A stretch of 64,000 bases of DNA, taken from the NCBI GenBank assembly GCA_035444565.1, contig DAOMOX010000001.1:59987-123986 (forward strand), written 5' to 3'. Below, one piece after another: positions 52,808 through 60,525 of this stretch. The position numbers and the translations under genes were made by a program. The notes below the pieces were generated by a model. It ran no database searches. It was given only the letters and a program-made list of their open reading frames with translations, and was not told the DNA's origin. The first letter of the stretch is position 1, and every line of letters starts with the position of its first letter. The stretch comes from Candidatus Dojkabacteria bacterium (GTDB lineage: Bacteria; Patescibacteriota; Dojkabacteria; B142; OLB20).

Positions 52808-53047
52808 ATGCTTGATATGAGCTATATAGATTTTATTTATCAAGAGCCACCAGATGAAGGGGACTTCTATGCAGACTTAGCAGAGCTAGATAGGCAATGG
52901 ATTTGGAAAACAAAGAGTGGTGAGGAAATAGAATATGACAAACTAGAAACAAGTCATATTCAAAACATCATTAAAAAACTTAAAGTGGAAAGGTACAACA
53001 TGCCAAATTTATTCAGAGAATTAAGAAGAAGAGGGTTTACTAACTAA
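52808..53047 (+). CDS. phage hypothetical protein
   Basis: 'WKTKSG..I....LETSHIQNII..L' motif. Confidence 0.7.
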   Translation: MLDMSYIDFIYQEPPDEGDFYADLAELDRQWIWKTKSGEEIEYDKLETSHIQNIIKKLKVERYNMPNLFRELRRRGFTN

Positions 53048-53065
53048 CTTATTAAATGAAACCAA

Positions 53066-53359
53066 ATGACAGACAAAGAAAAAGCCGAAAAGAAGAATGA
53101 GTATTACGAGAAATTCGTGGGCTATGATGCATATGACGAGTTAACAGATGCAGAACAGGAGAAGCTATTGATATGGGAATGGATAGAGGAACTGATTAAA
53201 GAAGTTGAGAACAAAATAGAATCAGATATCCAAGACATTAGGATAGATTATTATCAAAAGTATTTAGGACACAATGTTTTGAAAGAGTTATCTGTACACG
53301 AGATGGAAAAAGTAATGATATGGAACTGGTTTGAAGAAAAGTTACGGAACTTTTCGTAA
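53066..53359 (+). CDS. phage hypothetical protein
   Basis: 97-aa ORF with internal repeat. Confidence 0.7.
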   Translation: MTDKEKAEKKNEYYEKFVGYDAYDELTDAEQEKLLIWEWIEELIKEVENKIESDIQDIRIDYYQKYLGHNVLKELSVHEMEKVMIWNWFEEKLRNFS

Positions 53360-53423
53360 CCATCTTTATGTTAAAGAGAAAAATGTGAAGTCCTGATTTA
53401 AGCTCATTATTCCAGTTCTAAAC

Positions 53424-53443
53424 ACGTCCCATAAGGCACCCCA
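53424..53443 (+). other. attR of the prophage
   Basis: cgtcccataaggc-AC-ccca; symmetric to the attL phage arm. Confidence 0.82.
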
Positions 53444-53515
53444 GTGTTTCTGAGCTTGCGAAGAAATACACTGGGTAAGGTCTGCCGTAGCTTTAGCGTA
53501 GGCATGACCACCCCA
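53438..53515 (+). repeat. 78-bp double-hairpin element, copy 1 (ACCCCA at both ends)
   Basis: 75/78 identical to 58818-58895. Confidence 0.92.
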
Positions 53516-53561
53516 TTTCATCAATTAACTTAAATCCAATCAAACTCTCAAAAAAACATAT

Positions 53562-54554
53562 CTAGTTTAAGATAGTTGTTAAATCAGACTCGTCTAGCAT
53601 GATTGCAAGATCTTTTAGTAATTCATGTCCCTCCGGCATATGAACTCCAGGTAAATTAGCAAGGACATGATCAGTAACACCATCACTATATACGTCAGGA
53701 TTTGCATATCTATATTGCATTATTGGATCGAGTGCTAATTGAGATAAAATATTTCCCGGAATCATAGCCATACTCATTTCGGCAAATATTACCCCTCCTC
53801 TCAACGTTTTACCATCATACTTCCCGGCAGTTCCTTTATGTTCTCGTTTGACTCCTTCCGCCAAATCAATACCTGAATCACCATACCGTCTTAAGGGATC
53901 GTTGAATAAAAGTAATTCTGTTTCTCTTCCAACGTAACCAAAAATACGCCTCCTAACATGACCTTCTTTAACAGGATGGCCAAATGCATGCTCATACAAA
54001 CCCCAGTATTGATCAAAGCTCAATTGAAGTTGTTTTCTAAACAGAATATTTAATGTGTTTTGTTCTAAATATTGAGTAATAAGTGAGGAAATATGTTTAA
54101 TTTCTGGCCTTATTAAGATTGCTGAGACACCATTTGCTACCAGTGCATTTACCTGAGGTATTTTTTCTGCAAACAACCGCTCCAAGTTGATACCGCCAAG
54201 ATACCGAAATGTGCCATAGTCTTGACTATTTAATATTGGAAGGACTTCCGGGAAATCGCAATGTGCAGATACAATCATTGCTTTTTCTATGTATCCTTGT
54301 GCTGCATTTGAGTCTTTTGGAGTTAACCCAGTCTCTTGAGTCAAATACAAAAGTTGTTGGGGTAGAATGTGTGCTAATTCTTTCATAGCCTGCCCAGCAA
54401 GAAAAGTGAGATGTTCATTTCTTTGTTGATAGAAAGGAGGCATTTCTTCGGGTTCAGAAGAAAAAGATCTTTCAAAAAAATCTAGATATTGAGTGATCGA
54501 AATTTGGTTAACATTTGGGGCAGTTCTATTTTCACCAGAGAACTTGAGATTCAT
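53562..54554 (-). CDS. nucleoside-diphosphate-kinase-like domain protein
   Basis: 'ILIRPE', 'KG......TLRG', 'GVHMPE' echo NDK motifs IKPD, TIRG, HGSD. Confidence 0.6.
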   Translation of the reverse strand: MNLKFSGENRTAPNVNQISITQYLDFFERSFSSEPEEMPPFYQQRNEHLTFLAGQAMKELAHILPQQLLYLTQETGLTPKDSNAAQGYIEKAMIVSAHCDFPEVLPILNSQDYGTFRYLGGINLERLFAEKIPQVNALVANGVSAILIRPEIKHISSLITQYLEQNTLNILFRKQLQLSFDQYWGLYEHAFGHPVKEGHVRRRIFGYVGRETELLLFNDPLRRYGDSGIDLAEGVKREHKGTAGKYDGKTLRGGVIFAEMSMAMIPGNILSQLALDPIMQYRYANPDVYSDGVTDHVLANLPGVHMPEGHELLKDLAIMLDESDLTTILN

Positions 54555-54560
54555 GTTTCA

Positions 54561-55208
54561 TTATTTAAACAAAAGCTCGGAATAAAAATTAATATTATAT
54601 AGATCAAAAAAACTCTGTCCCGAAAGAATTGATACTTGATTTCCCCCTAGACCAAGTTTTTTAATCCAATTATGAATGATTTCAGAATTACTTGCTTCAA
54701 TCTCCAAATAAGTAGGGATTCCTGGCCACGTATCAATATCAAAATGAGCAGAAAGTGATTCGTGAACAATTTGGTATGAAATTCTTTTTTTCTGTTGATG
54801 TGCAGTAACAATTAAACCAGCATCGGTAATAGTTTGGCCAATTTTTCCCCATTCATTCTTTGTTAAATTTGTATTTAGCTCGACTTCTTTTTTTACGTCT
54901 ATATTGTGAGACTTTGAAAATTTAAGTGTAAACTCATAATGCTCACCTTGTTTTCGTGCTCGTAAATGATAATTTTGATCACGCAATGATTTACCATGCC
55001 AAGTTAATTCTTCAGCAATTTTAATAGTATCTACTAGTTTTGCCGGTAGCTTTGTATATTCAATTTCAAGACTCTTACTTATATCGAAAGTCCAAATTTC
55101 AGTAAGAGCATCTAAAATTTTTTCAGCATGATTCTTTTCAAGTTCATTTATTAAATGTTCCTTGTTTACTGCTAATACTTTTAATTCTAATTCTTCTACT
55201 TTTTTCAT
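54561..55208 (-). CDS. CYTH domain protein (class IV adenylate cyclase / triphosphate tunnel)
   Basis: 'EELELK', 'LRARK', 'TLK', 'KKRISY', 'DIDTWPGIPTYLEIE'. Confidence 0.9.
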   Translation of the reverse strand: MKKVEELELKVLAVNKEHLINELEKNHAEKILDALTEIWTFDISKSLEIEYTKLPAKLVDTIKIAEELTWHGKSLRDQNYHLRARKQGEHYEFTLKFSKSHNIDVKKEVELNTNLTKNEWGKIGQTITDAGLIVTAHQQKKRISYQIVHESLSAHFDIDTWPGIPTYLEIEASNSEIIHNWIKKLGLGGNQVSILSGQSFFDLYNINFYSELLFK

Positions 55209-55209
55209 T

Positions 55210-56109
55210 TTAAGTTAATAATATATCAATGGATTCATCTTCATTAAGCAAATACTCCGTTGCTCTTTCGGACAGCCTAGCTATTTTATCGGGGCTACTG
55301 TTTATCTTGTATGGGACATTTGTTCTATAAGTCCGATACAAGATCGTGGCTGCAATATATTGGTTTATTAAATTCTTATTAAATGTTAACCCAAAGCTAG
55401 TTTCAAAACCAGAAAAGAATGCATCGAAAATCTCTCTACGAGCATCAGAGTTTAGAAGTAAATGACCTAATGCATAACCAATATCGAATTCTTTTATACC
55501 TACGCAAACTGTTTCTAAATCACAAATCTTAATTTCTCCTTCCGTATCTATCAATATATTTTTTGGGGATAGGCTCCCCATTATTAACCCTTTATTACCT
55601 TTATTTAAAAGTTGTAGATGATTAAATCCGGGGATTCTTGAAAATCTAAAATTTAATATTTGTTCAAAAAATGATTTATCGTCTTCCCTAAACTCATCAA
55701 CAACTGGCAATTTAGATTGCACACAAGCAATTAGCTCACCAAACTTAAACGCGAAGCCAGGTGTGATTCCAGACGAGAAAATCATATTTTGTAGTGTATC
55801 TCCACCTGATGGTAATAAATCCGATAGAACAATTATCCCATTTTCAATATCTTCACCTAATAAGAGAGGGAAATTTTTAGGGGCAATTCCTGAAAATATT
55901 TTTATCCCTTCTGCTTCATATTCAATCTCATGAGGTTGTGTAGTTACATTTTCCAATTGTGAGGCACTTTTACCTCTGATTTTTACTATATACGTTCCAT
56001 CTTCACCAAAGATTCTATAGACCTGATGTACTAAGCCACCCGACAATTCAGCAACATTCACTGGTTTATAATTTAGATATTTTTCAAGTACAAGATTTGA
56101 TTCCGTCAA
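55210..56109 (-). CDS. APH/choline/methylthioribose-kinase-like phosphotransferase
   Basis: 'LSGGLVHQVYR...VK', 'GSLSPKNIL', 'ICDLE', 'FDIGY'. Confidence 0.82.
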   Translation of the reverse strand: MTESNLVLEKYLNYKPVNVAELSGGLVHQVYRIFGEDGTYIVKIRGKSASQLENVTTQPHEIEYEAEGIKIFSGIAPKNFPLLLGEDIENGIIVLSDLLPSGGDTLQNMIFSSGITPGFAFKFGELIACVQSKLPVVDEFREDDKSFFEQILNFRFSRIPGFNHLQLLNKGNKGLIMGSLSPKNILIDTEGEIKICDLETVCVGIKEFDIGYALGHLLLNSDARREIFDAFFSGFETSFGLTFNKNLINQYIAATILYRTYRTNVPYKINSSPDKIARLSERATEYLLNEDESIDILLT

Positions 56110-57044
56110 AATACTCTAGGTAAAAAGAATTCGGGAGGTTCAAAAAGCTGAGTTTCAGAAAAATCATCTCTTTGTATACTGCTAACAATTTGTTCATACG
56201 ACCAATCTGGACAAACATTATGTGGTATTTGTACAGTATCTCTACCTAAGTGAGCTAATTGCCTCACCCCAACAATATAATATGGTGGTCTATAAGTATC
56301 TTCACTTAAACCACCATCTATCCCCATATTAATCATAAGATCATCAGTCTCAATTCTTGATCTCTGAATCACACCTTCAATTTCTTCTAATAAAAATTCT
56401 CTAGTATTTCTTAAGGGTAATTTATCTGTGAGATATAAAATATGTTTAAGTTTTGCTTTCAGTACATATTGGTAGTCATCCCTTATTACTCGCCATGCTT
56501 CAAGTTTGCTCGAAAGATGGTCATCAATCATTGATCTTGTGACAGTACCTGTATTTAGTTTGCCTTCGAGGATATTTACATACCAATTTGATTCACTCAA
56601 TCGCGGTACAATCATTCCAATTACTGCTCTTAATCCGTTAATGTTTTCTACATCAAATTGCAATTTTAATAGTTCTGAAAATTGTGGAAATAGATAATCA
56701 AAGCCGGCAAACAATGATTGCCTATCCCAATAAGGAATATTTTCGGTATTTGACCCACCCCATTCTGCGATTCCTGTGACAACATGAACTTTTGTATGCC
56801 TATCCATCCTTCTCAAATGGTTTGGCTTGGACAAATCAATTCCAGCTTGAAGTTGAGTATTAGGCTTAACTTTTTCCTTCTCTCTAGCATACATGTCGTT
56901 TACGGCTTCAAAAAACATTACTGGATGTGATACCACTTCTTGAAGGGGATAATTTAATACTGCAGTATGGGACGCTGAACTGTTTGGAAATAGTTCTTGG
57001 TCAAAGATGTGATTTTTAACGTCTGTGGAGAATTCACTACCCAT
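56106..57044 (-). CDS. hypothetical protein, first gene of four-gene operon
   Basis: 312-aa ORF overlapping next start by 4 nt. Confidence 0.8.
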   Translation of the reverse strand: MGSEFSTDVKNHIFDQELFPNSSASHTAVLNYPLQEVVSHPVMFFEAVNDMYAREKEKVKPNTQLQAGIDLSKPNHLRRMDRHTKVHVVTGIAEWGGSNTENIPYWDRQSLFAGFDYLFPQFSELLKLQFDVENINGLRAVIGMIVPRLSESNWYVNILEGKLNTGTVTRSMIDDHLSSKLEAWRVIRDDYQYVLKAKLKHILYLTDKLPLRNTREFLLEEIEGVIQRSRIETDDLMINMGIDGGLSEDTYRPPYYIVGVRQLAHLGRDTVQIPHNVCPDWSYEQIVSSIQRDDFSETQLFEPPEFFLPRVF

Positions 57045-57157
57045 ACCTTAATATATTATATTAATAAGTAATGTGGGCAGTTAAAATAAATGTGTTATCC
57101 ATTATACCATTTAAGTAAAGTGTGATTAATAGGAGGTCGTCTTGTAGTACATCCTAT

Positions 57158-57180
57158 ACGAGTCCTACAAGTGACCCCCC
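57158..57180 (+). other. att-like junction
   Basis: acgagtcctacaagtg-AC-ccc, 20/21 identical to 58802-58822. Confidence 0.8.
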
Positions 57181-57183
57181 ATC

Positions 57184-57918
57184 TTAGGAATTATTTATTG
57201 AGAATTTATCCAATTCTTTTTTCACTTGTACTAATAATTGTTTATCAACTTTAAAATCCTTTGAGTAAATTTCGTTATGTAATGAGCTCAAATCAAGTAT
57301 GATATCTTTAGTATGTATATCATCAGGATTGAAATCATTGACCATAACAACTAATGGTTTAACGAAAAGTTTGTCATGCGTATCTTCGGGTAATTTATCC
57401 AGCAAAAACTTTCTTAATCTCATTGCATTGGATAATGCCTGTGTATTTGGAGATCTTAGTAATTGTTTACGCTTACCACTTATACCAAATTTCCGTTTCT
57501 CAGTTCGATACCATTTATCGCCATATACTTCAATCCTACCTGTATAATTCTTAGTTTCTATTACAAAAATCCCTTTCCTAGATAAGACAATATGGTCAAT
57601 ATCCATCTTACTATTAGGTAGCATTATATTTTGGTAACTATAACTATGCTCTACTTCTAACAGTTTATTAGCAACAACTATTTCTCCTTGGTCACCTCTT
57701 TCGTAACTATCATAGCTATCCCAGCTCGAAAAAAACATATCAATTATCTTATCCATTAATATGAATAGTCCACAAAAGCCTAACAAATAGAATAACAAAG
57801 TATTTTGCACAATGAATTTTTTATCAAGTAGAATGAGGAATATCAACACTGTAATAAATCCGCTAAGTAGCATTATTATAAGTTTTCTGGATTTTTGTTT
57901 TTTAGAATATTTACTCAT
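57184..57918 (-). CDS. NERD domain nuclease with two N-terminal TM segments
   Basis: 'G..GE..V', 'DIDHIV....GIFVIETKNYTG', 'SP..QA'. Confidence 0.92.
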   Translation of the reverse strand: MSKYSKKQKSRKLIIMLLSGFITVLIFLILLDKKFIVQNTLLFYLLGFCGLFILMDKIIDMFFSSWDSYDSYERGDQGEIVVANKLLEVEHSYSYQNIMLPNSKMDIDHIVLSRKGIFVIETKNYTGRIEVYGDKWYRTEKRKFGISGKRKQLLRSPNTQALSNAMRLRKFLLDKLPEDTHDKLFVKPLVVMVNDFNPDDIHTKDIILDLSSLHNEIYSKDFKVDKQLLVQVKKELDKFSINNS

Positions 57919-58056
57919 ATATGAATCAGTATAAACACTTTGTTCATGAACATGAAGACCTTGCTAGATACCATCATAAAATGAACAGTCAGTTAATGTA
58001 AAATTGACTAATTAAAGCAATAATATTAAAATCCTAATATATGAATCCTTCTCCAA

Positions 58057-58365
58057 ATGACTGATAAAGTAGTTAAACTCTCAATAGATAATAGACTAAT
58101 AATATTGGTTGTTTTATTAGTTGCAGGAATCTTTTCTCTATTTGTAATGTACGAAAAGATTAATGACCAACAAAAGCAGTCCAATTTCGAAGAATGCCAA
58201 GCCTCAGCATACAAGAGGTTCGGGGAACGACTTCAGTCACTTTGTGGAAAAAAAGATCTCTCAGAATGTCAAGCCTCAGAAATATCTACAGACTTAGCAG
58301 ATCACTACACTAAAATGTATGATGATGAGAATGATGATTGTTTGAAAATTATGCTTTATGATTAA
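58057..58365 (+). CDS. small membrane-anchored four-Cys protein
   Basis: N-terminal TM then four Cys. Confidence 0.7.
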   Translation: MTDKVVKLSIDNRLIILVVLLVAGIFSLFVMYEKINDQQKQSNFEECQASAYKRFGERLQSLCGKKDLSECQASEISTDLADHYTKMYDDENDDCLKIMLYD

Positions 58366-58371
58366 TTTGCT

Positions 58372-58674
58372 ATGAAAAGGTCCTATGCTTTAATCGCACT
58401 CATATTTACAAGTTTAATTATAATCATGCTTGGTATCCTAGTTGGATACCCAATTTATAAGGACCAATCAAGAAAAGAGCTTGTTAGTAATTGTAACGAG
58501 TTTCGAGATTTCTCACTTAGAGAGAAGCTTAGCGAAGTGTGCAAAGACGAGGGTTTTAGAAACACTGACGAATGTAAACTTCCAGATGATACGTTTAAAG
58601 CTATAAATAATTACGCGGACATACAAGAGGAAGCATGCATCAAACAAGACTGGCCTTCCAAATATGATGAATAG
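58372..58674 (+). CDS. small membrane-anchored four-Cys protein (paralog of upstream gene)
   Basis: Same TM and Cys spacing. Confidence 0.7.
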   Translation: MKRSYALIALIFTSLIIIMLGILVGYPIYKDQSRKELVSNCNEFRDFSLREKLSEVCKDEGFRNTDECKLPDDTFKAINNYADIQEEACIKQDWPSKYDE

Positions 58675-58727
58675 TATTAGTTTATAGTATATAGTTTCCA
58701 ATACCCATGTAATGATATTGAGAACTA

Positions 58728-58819
58728 CTAAATTGTCGACTCTGAAAGCAGTGAATTTATATTATTAATGTTGAAGTTAAAATCAATTTTAAGGTTTAGC
58801 AACGAGTCCAACAAGTGAC
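58728..58819 (-). pseudogene. orphan integrase C-terminal tail remnant at att junction
   Basis: Reads (W)GHLLDSLLNLKIDF... in the same register across the AC core as the integrase. Confidence 0.55.
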
Positions 58820-58895
58820 CCCAGTGTTTCTGAGCTTGCGAAGAAATACACTGGGTAAGGTCTGCCGTAGCTTCAGCGAAGGCATGGCCACCCCA
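58818..58895 (+). repeat. 78-bp double-hairpin element, copy 2
   Basis: 75/78 identical to 53438-53515; ends GCCACCCCA like the tRNA. Confidence 0.92.
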
Positions 58896-58984
58896 AGTGT
58901 GACTCTTAGCGGAAACAAACACACTATCAAAAGGTTTAACCCATTCGTAGCTTAGCTTTCCATCCTTTATTTCAAATTCGACTA

Positions 58985-59557
58985 TTATTTTCGACGAGAA
59001 TGTTCATCATACTTTTTATTCATTTTCTCTGCTGCCTTTTTCCCCAATAGTCCTTCAGATTGAACTCTGCTTGCATATTTGTCCGCCGAGCAACCTTTGA
59101 CTCCTCTTCCTGTAGATGCGTCATTAGCAGCTTTGGCTTCTTTATTGGTCCATATTATCCGTTGTCTTTGTTGACCAGACCATTCTTCAGGATTAGTTCC
59201 GATATATCCTTCACTAACCCTATTATCCCAAGAATAAGCTAAAAGAGGCAAAACAGCAGTTACGCCCAGACCCCATAACATACTACCTGCTAAGGTAGCT
59301 AAAGTTCGGCGAAGGACCTGTGGATTGTCTGGAAACATTTCATTAAAGCTTTCTCCTAATCCGTGAAATGCATGCTTTGATCCACCCTCCTCCCAATCCG
59401 CTACAAAAGCTTCTGAACCGGGGAGAGTTCCAGGCAAAGGGGATGGTTGTGCTTTATATCTTTGGACAAGGGATCCTACTAATCGCGATCCGAATGGCCT
59501 ATTTTTAGAAATATTGTCAGGTTGAACAGCTTCCATTTCATCTATTCGTATATACAT
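58985..59557 (-). CDS. hypothetical protein with one TM region
   Basis: 190-aa ORF. Confidence 0.6.
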   Translation of the reverse strand: MYIRIDEMEAVQPDNISKNRPFGSRLVGSLVQRYKAQPSPLPGTLPGSEAFVADWEEGGSKHAFHGLGESFNEMFPDNPQVLRRTLATLAGSMLWGLGVTAVLPLLAYSWDNRVSEGYIGTNPEEWSGQQRQRIIWTNKEAKAANDASTGRGVKGCSADKYASRVQSEGLLGKKAAEKMNKKYDEHSRRK

Positions 59558-59636
59558 ATTATATCACGCGATTCAGCTTAAGTACCTATTAAAAAGTTCA
59601 TAACTTCGAGATGCTAGTTCTAGTGTATTACACAAT

Positions 59637-60260
59637 CTAGTGTTTTATTGCTTGTATCAAACAAAGAGGATTTTCAGATTTTGGGTCTGAAGTGATATTC
59701 ATACTTAAAAGGTTTATCTCCATGCGTTGAGCTTCCTGACTAACCCTATTTTGAAATTCTGAAGCCCAATTTACTGGAAAAACAAAGTAGGCTCTTCCAT
59801 CTACGGCTAATACTCTTTTCAGTTCTAACAAAGACCCTATAGTTAAATCCATTAAATCGCCTTCTGAAGGACAATTAATTCCATAGGGAGGATTAACAAT
59901 CGCCAACTTAAAGGAAGATGCTGCAAGGGGTAGTTTTGTAGCATCCCATGCAAAAAACCTCTGATCTGCTCCTGCATAACCATGTTTTGCTCTTAATCTT
60001 TCTAACCCTTCAATTGGATTAGGGTAATCTGTAGCATGCCTTATATCTCCAGAAAAAGTTAAGATCCCTAATGAATCAAAAAAAATAGGCATGGACCCTG
60101 GACCTCCGAAAGGGATTAATACTTTGTCCCCTTCATGATAACCTCCTTGATCCAATACTTTTTGCCAAATAATAAATAATTTTTCAGTCCCCAAACAGAA
60201 ATTACGAAACTCTTCAGGCACACCTAATTTATTAAAGTTTACGCCACATGATTCACACAT
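59637..60260 (-). CDS. SAM-dependent amino-methyltransferase (NPPY class)
   Basis: Degenerate motif I 'IPFGGPGS', 'GDI', 'WDATKLP', 'IVNPPYG', 'RVL...G'. Confidence 0.8.
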   Translation of the reverse strand: MCESCGVNFNKLGVPEEFRNFCLGTEKLFIIWQKVLDQGGYHEGDKVLIPFGGPGSMPIFFDSLGILTFSGDIRHATDYPNPIEGLERLRAKHGYAGADQRFFAWDATKLPLAASSFKLAIVNPPYGINCPSEGDLMDLTIGSLLELKRVLAVDGRAYFVFPVNWASEFQNRVSQEAQRMEINLLSMNITSDPKSENPLCLIQAIKH

Positions 60261-60525
60261 TATTAGATTTATAAAAAAATGCCAAACAGCAGTATATCAC
60301 AATTATATACCCTATTGTTATTTAATGACTACGAGGTAGAAAGTTCGTAATGTTATGCCAAATCAAGCATATGTTATGGGTAGTAGTTTGGAAAGACTTT
60401 CGTTGATTTAGAAATTATAGAAATAGATCCATATCCACCCAATACCAAAATTGTATATTTGTTTTTACATATAATCAATATATATGTTACTATGTAATCC
60501 AGATAGATATACTTGATATATAACA

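Larger units (their letters stand above)
13260..53439. mobile_element. prophage (~40.2 kb, podovirus-like, serine-integrase type) integrated in the tRNA-His 3' end
   Basis: Integrase, lysis, packaging, head, tail, replication and recombination modules; attL core AC 13260-61 and attR core AC 53438-39; rejoining gives an inverted-repeat attP and an open integrase C-terminus. Confidence 0.92.

Noticed and set aside
55620-55633. 14-bp match (gattaaatccgggg) to the palindrome at 12749
   Set aside because: Inside a coding region with no palindromic partner; probably chance.
57132-57180. Classical integron attC site
   Set aside because: Lacks RYYYAAC/GTTRRRY boxes and no tyrosine integron integrase is present; better explained as a serine-recombinase att arm.
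58728-58922. 64-aa ORF as a real gene
   Set aside because: Its 5' half is the antisense of the 78-bp repeat; only the 3' half is meaningful, as an integrase-tail remnant.
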